This document shows, in pieces, positions 15,229 through 22,710 of a stretch of 24,000 nt of DNA. Below the pieces are notes generated by a model. It was not told the DNA's origin. It worked only from the letters and a program-made list of their open reading frames with translations, and ran no database searches. This DNA comes from an uncultured Chloroflexia bacterium (GTDB lineage Bacteria > Chloroflexota > Ktedonobacteria > Ktedonobacterales > Ktedonobacteraceae), in NCBI GenBank assembly GCA_963767625.1, contig CAVYFB010000009.1:449310-473309 (forward strand), given 5' to 3'. The stretch's first letter is position 1. Each line of letters opens with the position of its first letter. The translations under genes and the position numbers were made by a program.

Positions 15229-15292
15229 CCTGGTACCCACAAGGGCTGGGAAGCTTATTTGGAAGGACAAGCCAACCTGCTTCTTGTGGGTA
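15229..15292. repeat. short member of the CCTGGYACCCACAAG palindromic repeat family
   Basis: CCTGGTACCCACAAGGGC (15229-15246) matches 5336-5353 at 17/18 nt. TACCCACAAG (15234-15243) pairs with CTTGTGGGTA (15283-15292). It lies between the convergent small ORF and the phosphoesterase gene. Confidence 0.65.
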
Positions 15293-15321
15293 TTGCAATC
15301 GATCCGATCAGGTTTCTGTAA

Positions 15322-16032
15322 CTAATACCTCGCCTCTGTTAGTGTCTTAATGCGCTTTTCCACGTTGGGCATGCCACAGGTTTTGATTTGCTTGATCACG
15401 GCTTCAACATCATAGACAACCCGGCGAATCTCAGCCGTCCATAAGCTATCCTGCCAGGTAAGGATGCCATAAGCTGCACGCAGGTCCTCATCACGTGGAA
15501 GCCCGCAACTGGCCACATCGACCAGCAATAGATGTCGCCAACGCCGCATGTAGGCAATATGAAGGTGGCCAAAGATCAGCACCCCAATACCCAACCCTAA
15601 ACCGCCTAAAAAATGCTCGAGCGTACTATCAGGCGCATTGGGAAAGATGGCCTCTTCCAGGTTGAGCGGATTGGCATGGACTATGAGGAGGTCGCTACCA
15701 CTTGGGTTGGCAACACAATATGAAAATGGCAAAGAAGCCAGGTAGTCAATTCCCGCCTGTCCGATCTGCTCTCGTGTCCAGCCGACAGTGCTGCGTTTCC
15801 TTTCACTTTTTTCGGCTGCATGGGTAACTACTTCCAGGTCCACATTGCCCTGAATAACCGGACAATGCAGCCCTTGCACTGTTTCCAGCGCTTGACGAGG
15901 GCGAGGGCCATTCAAACACAAGTCGCCTGCGATGACCAGCTGGTCTACCTTTGATTGCTGTGCCAGGTCCTGCAACACTGCTTCCAGCGCAATTTGATTT
16001 CCGTGGATATCCGATATAACAGCAATGCGCAT
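15322..16032 (-). CDS. calcineurin-like metallophosphoesterase (YfcE/MJ0936-type)
   Basis: Metal-binding motifs in order: ISDIHGN, IAGDLCLNG, QGNVD, FGHLH; 236 aa. Confidence 0.8.
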   Translation of the reverse strand: MRIAVISDIHGNQIALEAVLQDLAQQSKVDQLVIAGDLCLNGPRPRQALETVQGLHCPVIQGNVDLEVVTHAAEKSERKRSTVGWTREQIGQAGIDYLASLPFSYCVANPSGSDLLIVHANPLNLEEAIFPNAPDSTLEHFLGGLGLGIGVLIFGHLHIAYMRRWRHLLLVDVASCGLPRDEDLRAAYGILTWQDSLWTAEIRRVVYDVEAVIKQIKTCGMPNVEKRIKTLTEARY

Positions 16033-16242
16033 ATGTTATCCTTGTGAAAGAAGCTACAGACTGTATCGTGACCAGTTTACTTAGTATAGATACTATACCT
16101 CAAAGGAAGCGGGTGAACCAAATTGCAACGTTACCTTCACATCATCCGTATACTGATTGTAGAGAACTGAAAAACAACCACGTTAGCCCAGACAGCACAA
16201 GCACCTGTTCAGAACTAACGCTTCTTTATGAGGAGGCCTTTC

Positions 16243-16482
16243 GTGTCTAAAGATCGTGGCTGCATAGCCAATTCACTGTTGTTCCTGGTCATCGTCTTCA
16301 TTCCTGTAGTGGGTCACATCATCGAAACGGTTATGGTCTTTGAAGATGACCATTCCACAGCCGGTACCATACTCTGGTTAATAGTCATCTGGTCAACACC
16401 GTTCCTTGGACCTCTGCTGTACCTGCTTTTTGGTCAGCGGCGCCAGCGTGTGATGTTCGGCCAACCAAGTTATGTGCACTAA
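16243..16482 (+). CDS. PLD-nuclease N-terminal (PLDc_N) domain small membrane protein
   Basis: Two TM helices and the family signature ILWLIVIWSTPFLGPLLYLLFGQRR. GTG 16243 lies 6 nt after AGGAGG (16231-16236). The ORF-track ATG at 16228 contains that SD inside itself, so the start is uncertain. Confidence 0.6.
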   Translation: MSKDRGCIANSLLFLVIVFIPVVGHIIETVMVFEDDHSTAGTILWLIVIWSTPFLGPLLYLLFGQRRQRVMFGQPSYVH

Positions 16483-16592
16483 ATTTGCCCTTGACACCCC
16501 TGAGTTCTGTTCGCTATACTTAACCAAGTAGGGGTGACCCTTGCGGTTGTCCCCCAACAGCATATACAACTGAATACATGCAGTGAGATCTG

Positions 16593-16704
16593 CTCTCATC
16601 AAGAGAGGTGGAGGGAAACGGCCCGATGAAGCCCGGCAACCCGTCTGCGATAATACAGCGCAGGATGGGTGCCAATTCCGGCGGAGTATTCCGCAAGATG
16701 AGGG
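16593..16704 (+). promoter_or_regulatory. SAM-I (S-box) riboswitch
   Basis: CTCTCATCAAGAGAGGTGGAGGGAAACGGCCCGATGAAGCCCGGCAACC...GGTGCCAATTCCGGC...AAGATGAGGG matches the S-box core. P1 is 16593-16600 / 16697-16704. The element lies upstream of metX. Confidence 0.9.
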
Positions 16705-16724
16705 GAAGCAAGCAATGATGCTAG

Positions 16725-16750
16725 AACCCCTGAATCTCAGGGGTTTTTTG
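16725..16750 (+). terminator. riboswitch expression-platform intrinsic terminator
   Basis: AACCCCTGA (16725-16733) pairs with TCAGGGGTT (16737-16745) around a 3-nt loop, with a T-run through 16749. AGGGG on the 3' side of P1 can pair with CCCCT as an antiterminator. Confidence 0.8.
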
Positions 16751-16764
16751 CGGACTGAATATTT

Positions 16765-16796
16765 ACCCTCACTCGAGCAGAGGTGAGGGTTTTTTG
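16765..16796 (+). terminator. second intrinsic-terminator-like hairpin in the metX leader
   Basis: ACCCTCAC (16765-16772) pairs with GTGAGGGT (16783-16790), followed by TTTTT. It ends 31 nt before the metX ATG. Confidence 0.65.
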
Positions 16797-16826
16797 TTCC
16801 CATGTTCAGGAAGGAGCGACAAGGCG

Positions 16827-17978
16827 ATGGTTACACAGCTTGAACACAATAGATTGGCCAATACCCCATTCGCCCTGGCAAACCCGGTGTTCACCTATAC
16901 TTTCGACCAACTGTCATTGCAACGGGGAGGACCGTTCGGCCCCATTACGCTTGCTTACGAGACATGGGGAACACTGAATGAAGCAGGTGATAATGCCATC
17001 CTGCTCGTCCACGCGCTAACGGGTAGTTCACATGCGCACGACACTGAATATCCTGACGATCCAAAGGCGGCGTGGTGGAATCCATTGATCGGCCCAGGGC
17101 GGCTATTCGACACCTCGCGCTACTTCGTAATCTGCTCAAATATCCTGGGCGGCTGCTACGGCAGTACCGGTCCATCGACCATCGACCCACGCAGCGGACA
17201 ACCCTATGCCATGCGCTTTCCCGTCATCACTATCCGCGATATGGTGAACGCCCAACGCATGCTGATTGAGCATCTGGGTGTGAGCCAACTGGCCATGGTC
17301 GCTGGTGGTTCGATTGGCGGACAACAAGCGCTGGAGTGGGCGGTAACCTATCCCGACCTGGTGCGCAACGTCGTCGTTGTGGCGGCGACAGCAGCATTGA
17401 CTGCGCAAGCTGTGGCGTTCAGTGAGGTAGGGCGTCAGGCGATCATGGCGGACCCACGTTGGCAAGATGGTGACTATCCGCCAGGACAGGGGCCGGATGC
17501 TGGTCTCTCGATAGCGCGTATGTTGGCGATGATTACCTATCAGAGCGAGGAAGCAATGGAGTTGCGTTTCGCTCGACGCCCTGCCCGTAACAATGTGATT
17601 ACTACACCCAGCGGGGCGGCTGATCTGGGGAGCCGTTTCGACGTGGAGGGCTACCTCTACTATCAGGGCCACGCGTTGGTACAGCGTTTCGATGCCAACA
17701 GTTACCTCTACATTAGCCGTGCAATGGACTTGTACGATGTGAGCGAAGGTTATCCTTCGCTAGAGGCTGCATTGCGGCGCTTGCGTAGCAGAGCGTTGTT
17801 TATCGGTATTCGGTCAGATTTTCTCTTCCCTGCGGTGCGTGTGCGCTGGCTGGTCGACCAGGTACGTTCATTGGGTGGTGTTGCAACCTACGTAGAACTC
17901 GACTCACCGTTTGGTCACGATGCCTTCCTCAAAGAATGGGAGCAGATGACTGAGGCCCTTGGCGTCATTAAGGAATAA
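16827..17978 (+). CDS. metX: homoserine O-acetyltransferase
   Basis: Alpha/beta-hydrolase with nucleophile elbow GGSIGGQQALEWA, C-terminal FGHDAFL, and LVHALTGSSH near the N-terminus. ATG 16827 has AGGAAGGAG at 16808-16816. The ORF-track TTG at 16794 lies inside the terminator T-run. Confidence 0.9.
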   Translation: MVTQLEHNRLANTPFALANPVFTYTFDQLSLQRGGPFGPITLAYETWGTLNEAGDNAILLVHALTGSSHAHDTEYPDDPKAAWWNPLIGPGRLFDTSRYFVICSNILGGCYGSTGPSTIDPRSGQPYAMRFPVITIRDMVNAQRMLIEHLGVSQLAMVAGGSIGGQQALEWAVTYPDLVRNVVVVAATAALTAQAVAFSEVGRQAIMADPRWQDGDYPPGQGPDAGLSIARMLAMITYQSEEAMELRFARRPARNNVITTPSGAADLGSRFDVEGYLYYQGHALVQRFDANSYLYISRAMDLYDVSEGYPSLEAALRRLRSRALFIGIRSDFLFPAVRVRWLVDQVRSLGGVATYVELDSPFGHDAFLKEWEQMTEALGVIKE

Positions 17979-18006
17979 TCTTAGGTAATGACGAGTTATG
18001 GCGGAG

Positions 18007-18051
18007 AAATATTCCTCCTGGCGGGGCAAGCCTCCGCCAGGAGGAATATTT
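18007..18051. terminator. bidirectional terminator hairpin with an 18-bp perfect stem between convergent genes
   Basis: AAATATTCCTCCTGGCGG (18007-18024) pairs with CCGCCAGGAGGAATATTT (18034-18051). The AT-rich stem base gives U-stretches on both strands. It overlaps the stop codon of the 18050 gene. Confidence 0.7.
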
Positions 18052-19372
18052 ATTGCTTAAGTGCTGCAATCAACGCTGGTAGTAACACACCCGCATCTGG
18101 TGAGCCAAGCCCCGTCACGGGGTTCCAGCCGGGCATAGCGGAAAAGCCCTTGATATTTACCGTTCCGTTATCAACACTATTATTGCCAACAGTGATTTCG
18201 TGGAATGCCTGCGCGTACGTACTCGATGCCGCTACCTTGTAGAGGCCTGGGTTGATAAACCCCAGTGGATGACCTGCCATCTGGTCAGCAATAGCACCAA
18301 GTGCTGCCCATGTAGGGGCGCTGGCGCTGGTACCGCCTATCTGCGTCCATGACCCATCCACATAATTGGCCATGGCTGTGGTAGGATCGGCATCCGCCGA
18401 CACATCTGGCACGCCTCGACGATTCTGGAACAGAGTTTGCACAGAAGCTGGTAATGTCTGCTGGTAAGGAGGTGTTGGATAAAAGGCACTGAAGCCACCT
18501 TCACTATCGTTCCATGCTATCTCTCTGCCTTGTTGCAGCGACGTGCCACCGACACCTGTCACCCAGGGACTATCAGCGGCGAAACCAATCGTTGGCGTTG
18601 GCGACAGATGCTTTGACTGCAGGTCTGTAAAGTCAGTAGCCCCGTTGTCACCAGAAGCGGCAAAGAAAGTAATACCCTCCTGTGTCGTGGCTTTCTGCAA
18701 CAAGGCATCCCACTTCTGGATCTCTTGCTGCCCCGCCTGATCTTTGAGCGTGGCTTCGGATGCGCCCCAGCTATTAGAAATGATGTTGCCCAGGTGATGG
18801 TCGATAGCATACTGGATCAGTTGTCGAAATTCAGGCAGGCCCAGGGTGCCCTCGGTTTCAGCGACGGGGCTGGTCAACACGACGATACCTGCATCAGGGG
18901 CAAGAGCGTGAATGACCTCAACATCCAATGTTGTCTCCTCGCCCCACCCCGGTTTATCCTTATTAGGGTCAGACTCTGGTTCGTTGATCGGCGAGATGAC
19001 TTGAATTTTGATCGGCGGCAAACCGAACTGCTGGTCAAACATGTCCATGTCCTGTTGTAAGGTTGGACTGCCAAACGAGACAATATCGACCACCGTTTGC
19101 CCCTTACCAGTGAAACCGTGCTCTACCAGGGACTCAACACCATAAGCTACGCGCAGGCTATGCGGCGTCTGGCAGGACGACGACTGGCTAAGGGGGGCTG
19201 GGCAGGTGTCTGTCGTCGCTCCTGGAGGGAGCGTGGGTGCCTGCGTTGGTACGACTGTGGTTGGTGTCGTGCTTCCTCCACCGATGCCTCCTAACGGACT
19301 ACAGGCGGCGAGAAACAGACACAAGATCGGCAGAAGGAATGGAAAGGAACGTCGGGATGTGTGAGTAATCAT
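18050..19372 (-). CDS. S53 (sedolisin/kumamolisin-like) serine peptidase, lipoprotein
   Basis: Lipobox LFLAAC after a signal sequence. Catalytic contexts EETTLDVEVIHALAP (Glu/Asp), SGDNGA and GGTSASAPTWAA (Ser). There is no long N-terminal prodomain. Confidence 0.75.
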   Translation of the reverse strand: MITHTSRRSFPFLLPILCLFLAACSPLGGIGGGSTTPTTVVPTQAPTLPPGATTDTCPAPLSQSSSCQTPHSLRVAYGVESLVEHGFTGKGQTVVDIVSFGSPTLQQDMDMFDQQFGLPPIKIQVISPINEPESDPNKDKPGWGEETTLDVEVIHALAPDAGIVVLTSPVAETEGTLGLPEFRQLIQYAIDHHLGNIISNSWGASEATLKDQAGQQEIQKWDALLQKATTQEGITFFAASGDNGATDFTDLQSKHLSPTPTIGFAADSPWVTGVGGTSLQQGREIAWNDSEGGFSAFYPTPPYQQTLPASVQTLFQNRRGVPDVSADADPTTAMANYVDGSWTQIGGTSASAPTWAALGAIADQMAGHPLGFINPGLYKVAASSTYAQAFHEITVGNNSVDNGTVNIKGFSAMPGWNPVTGLGSPDAGVLLPALIAALKQ

Positions 19373-19428
19373 CGATGAACTCCTACTATATTAGGAACTG
19401 ACCTGGTACCCTTGTCGGCACCTGGTTG

Positions 19429-20763
19429 TTACGACTTGAGTGCCGCGATCAGATCAGGGATAAACTGGCTGGCCAGTGGCGCGCCCCAACCGGTAACAGC
19501 ATCCCAGCCAGCGACTGCATGGAACCCCTGTACTTGAACACTTCCCTGATTCACGCTGTTATCGCCGCTTATAATGTCGCGAAAATCCTGCTGGGCATGC
19601 ACAGATGTTCCCAGTTTGTAAATGCCAGGGTTGATGAACCCGAGCGGATGACCTGCCATCTGATTGGCAATGGCGATAATAGCAGCCCACAATGGTGTGC
19701 TGGCGCTCGTACCACCTGCCTGTTGCCATTGCCCATCGAAATAGAAAGCCATGCCAGTTACAGGGTTAGCATCACCAGCAATATCTGGCAAACCACGATG
19801 CCCTGCCAGTTCTGATTGTACCACTTGTGGCAGCCCTTGTTGGAATGCTGGCTCGCTGAAGAACTTGCTCATGCCACCACCACTGCCTGACCAGGCACTT
19901 TCGTCGTAGCCGTTGGCTGTACGTGTCAGGGCGGTGCCGCCGACAGTGGTCACCCAGGGAACATCTGCCGGGAAGTTGACGGTCGGCGTAGGGGCGAGCT
20001 TCGTGGCTTTGATATCTTCATAGTCGGTTGCTCCATTATCGCCAGAGCCACTGACAATAGTGAACCCTTGCTGGGTCGTAATTTGCTTGTAGAAATCGCT
20101 GTACTGCTTGATAAGTTGTTGCCCTGCATTGTCTGTGAGAGTCGCTTCTGAAGCAACGTAGCTCTGTGAAAAGATTTGGCCGAGATGGTGCGCGACGGCA
20201 TATTGCTCGAGCTTCATAAATTCAGGTAAGCCGATGGTACCTTCGGTTTCATCGACCGGGCTGGTCATAACCACAATGCCTGCGCCTGGTGCAATGGCGT
20301 GAATGATTTGTACATCGAGTTCCGTCTCACCTGCCCAACCGAGCATATCTTTATTGTTGGGGTCGAAAGGCACAGTTCCCAGTGGCGATACGACCTGAAT
20401 GGTAATCGACGGCAAACCAAACTGCCGATCAAACATATCCATATCCTGCTGCAAGGTAGGACTACCGTACGAGACGATGTCGATGACAGTTTGTCCCTTG
20501 CCCGCGAAGCCTTGTTCGGTCAGTGCTTCTATACCATAGGCAACACGCATGGCATGCGGTGTGTAGCAACTTTTATTTTGACCTAACCCGGTTGGGCAGA
20601 GGTCTGTTGTGCTGGCCGGTGTGAGTAATGCGCCTGGCGTTCGCGTTGGTATTTTTGTTGCTATCGGCGTGGAACCATTACCTGTTGACTGAGCGCCAAA
20701 AGGACTACAAGCTGTGAGCAGTAGCAGTACGATGAAAGGAAATAATTTGGACCTTAAACGCAT
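19429..20763 (-). CDS. S53 (sedolisin/kumamolisin-like) serine peptidase, lipoprotein (tandem paralog)
   Basis: Lipobox LLLTAC. GETELDVQIIHAIAP, SGDNGA and GGTSASTPLWAA are present. It is colinear with the 18050-19372 product over the whole length. Confidence 0.75.
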   Translation of the reverse strand: MRLRSKLFPFIVLLLLTACSPFGAQSTGNGSTPIATKIPTRTPGALLTPASTTDLCPTGLGQNKSCYTPHAMRVAYGIEALTEQGFAGKGQTVIDIVSYGSPTLQQDMDMFDRQFGLPSITIQVVSPLGTVPFDPNNKDMLGWAGETELDVQIIHAIAPGAGIVVMTSPVDETEGTIGLPEFMKLEQYAVAHHLGQIFSQSYVASEATLTDNAGQQLIKQYSDFYKQITTQQGFTIVSGSGDNGATDYEDIKATKLAPTPTVNFPADVPWVTTVGGTALTRTANGYDESAWSGSGGGMSKFFSEPAFQQGLPQVVQSELAGHRGLPDIAGDANPVTGMAFYFDGQWQQAGGTSASTPLWAAIIAIANQMAGHPLGFINPGIYKLGTSVHAQQDFRDIISGDNSVNQGSVQVQGFHAVAGWDAVTGWGAPLASQFIPDLIAALKS

Positions 20764-21050
20764 GGAAGCGTTCTCCTATCAATTCAATGAACATGTCGGC
20801 ACGTAAACACTGCTATCTATTATATACGCTAATAAAGCTTCATGACTTCCCATTATGTTGTTAGCTCTCCATCCTCCTGAAGATGGTGGAGGAGTAAGCA
20901 GAGTGGTCGGTACCAAAGTCCTACACTCAGCCTGCGTCGCTTGACCAGCCATCTCGTGGCAGGTTACATTCTCAATTAGAGAACATTGTGCATCGAGATC
21001 GTTTGGTGCCGGTCCGACTCTACTGGATTGAGGATACATGTATGTCGTCT

Positions 21051-21420
21051 GCTGATAATCGTCAAAGTAGTGCTACTCGTGGACAAGGGCTAATTAAGAA
21101 ACCTTTTGATCTACCGAACCGTGTCAATCAGCTTTCGCCTGCAGAGCAATCACCTTTTTCTGATGCTGTTCCTCCACCTACTGCCGATAATCGTCAGGGT
21201 GGTGCACCTCGCGGACAGGGGTTGATCAAGAATCCCTTGAAGCTGCAAGGTAGGGTCGGACAGGCCTGCAATCTGTGGAGCAGCCTCCTTTCCCAAATAC
21301 TGATCGACTACCGAATAGTGGTACTCCTGTCAGACAGGGATTGATCAAGAATCCCTTGAAGCTGCAAGGTAGGGTCGGACAGCTGCAACCTGTGGAGCAG
21401 CCGCCCATTCCCAATTCTGC
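21051..21420 (+). repeat. three imperfect tandem coding repeats (about 117-132 nt) at the 5' end of the CHAP gene
   Basis: Peptide unit RGQGLIK-x-P-x-x-L-x-x-RV-x-QL-x-P-x-EQ-x-P. A 42-nt block TTGATCAAGAATCCCTTGAAGCTGCAAGGTAGGGTCGGACAG is identical at 21222-21263 and 21341-21382. Confidence 0.85.
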
Positions 21421-22339
21421 TCCGTCATATATAGGGGTGCCCCACCGAACAGAGTACAATGCTTCTCCTCGCATGATCCGCCCCTTGTCTGAACCTATTA
21501 CGCCGCTGAACGGGACACCTCCTCTAGCGGACCCTATCACGTCGCCTCGCATAACCCGGCACTTACCGGAATATAGGACAGTGGTCACTCGCCCGCTCAT
21601 TGATGAACAGACGGGTGTGTTGCCCTATCTCATGAGTAGCGGTACAACATCGGTGCGCCAACCAGTGGTCATCCCTGCTACGGCCAAAAAGCGTAACAGT
21701 AGCAGCCTGGGACCTGAGCAACCCCCTCGGAAGCGGCATTGGCGTGCACAAATTGTCGTGACAAGCTTGATTCTGGTGATAGCTGTTGCTACGTTGTTGA
21801 GTGTCGTGCCTGTCGACAAGGCTGGGGATCACCTCTTCAATCCGTTCCGATCGATTAGTAATCTGGTACAAACGAGCGGCGGCAACCCGAGTTCGATCGC
21901 GCAACAAGATGCGACGGCAACGGTGACCCACCAGGATGGTTATGACCCTGGCAGTAGTGTAGCACCTCTGAGCGCTGGCGGTGCCTATGATCATTTCGCC
22001 TTTGGCCAATGCACCTACTATGCGTCTATGCGTTATCACGAGTTGACGGGTCAGTGGGTCCCCTGGCTGGGGAATGCCTTTCAGTGGGCGTATGAAGCCA
22101 GTGGCTTTGGCTGGGTCGTGTCATCAAAGCCGAGAGTGCCTTCGATCATCGTCTTGCAACCCGGCGTTCAGGGAGCTGGTTGGTTTGGCCATGTCGCTAT
22201 CGTCGAGTCGATCAATGCCGATGGCAGTGTCTCTACGAGCGGCTGGAACTGGTACGGCCCTGGCGGTGCTGGCTGGGGTCGCCTCAGTGTCGTCACCTTC
22301 CGTCCCGGTCCGGGCGTGAGCTTTGTGTGGCATCAATAG
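21275..22339 (+). CDS. CHAP-domain peptidoglycan hydrolase with TM anchor; probably the 3' part of a frameshifted longer gene starting at ATG 21042
   Basis: C-terminal CHAP motifs FGQCTYYA (Cys) and GHVAIVESI (His). TM segment IVVTSLILVIAVATLLSVV. The track start is a GTG inside repeat 2. The upstream frame 21042-21344 (SD GAGGA at 21030-21034) encodes the same repeat and would join if GC at 21264-21265 were removed. Confidence 0.75.
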   Translation: MEQPPFPNTDRLPNSGTPVRQGLIKNPLKLQGRVGQLQPVEQPPIPNSAPSYIGVPHRTEYNASPRMIRPLSEPITPLNGTPPLADPITSPRITRHLPEYRTVVTRPLIDEQTGVLPYLMSSGTTSVRQPVVIPATAKKRNSSSLGPEQPPRKRHWRAQIVVTSLILVIAVATLLSVVPVDKAGDHLFNPFRSISNLVQTSGGNPSSIAQQDATATVTHQDGYDPGSSVAPLSAGGAYDHFAFGQCTYYASMRYHELTGQWVPWLGNAFQWAYEASGFGWVVSSKPRVPSIIVLQPGVQGAGWFGHVAIVESINADGSVSTSGWNWYGPGGAGWGRLSVVTFRPGPGVSFVWHQ

Positions 22340-22710
22340 TAGATACTCCTTGCATCTTTTTGGACCTTCCCACTTGTTTCTGACTTCTTCAAGCGTGTAT
22401 GAAAAACGTGCAAGATCATATTGCATAGTATGCTCAGCCGATGTAGCTGAGAGCTCACGAAGCGAAGCAGGAACGCCCTTTGTGAGCGGGCCTATCACAC
22501 TATCAGCGCCAAACCGAAGTACATCGGTCGCTGGTAGTCTCGTTTCATCCTCCCCTACAAAGGGGTTACGCAATCTTTACCCAGGTTGGCTGATCTTAAC
22601 CGCATTGTAACCGAATCATCACCATTTCTCAACCCCTAGGTCTTATTTTTAGTTCTGACGTTCCAATTTTTTCCAGGGTTGTTATTTTCGTTTTTGTAGG
22701 TAGGTGTACT

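Noticed and set aside
16044-16250. 68-aa plus-strand ORF between the phosphoesterase and PLDc_N genes
   Set aside because: It has a GTG start directly abutting the divergent gene's start, no SD, and no hydrophobic or motif content. The region is more likely promoter DNA.
16393-16803. 136-aa minus-strand ORF spanning the SAM riboswitch and both terminators
   Set aside because: The region is explained by a canonical S-box aptamer and terminators on the plus strand. The ORF also overlaps the PLDc_N gene end.
17136-17672. 178-aa minus-strand ORF inside metX
   Set aside because: It is antisense to a well-supported metX, and the product is Arg/His-rich low-complexity sequence.
20764-21041. Possible riboswitch (for example the cyclic-di-AMP ydaO class) upstream of the CHAP hydrolase
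   Set aside because: The association of that class with cell-wall hydrolases prompted a look. The 278-nt region lacks the conserved ydaO sequence blocks as I remember them, and only a weak bulged hairpin (about 20861-20890) is visible.
22124-22573. 149-aa minus-strand ORF in the CHAP/kinase intergenic region
   Set aside because: It has a TTG start with no SD. Its last 216 nt overlap the convergent CHAP gene antisense. No motif is present. I kept it only as a remark under the 22340-23985 finding.
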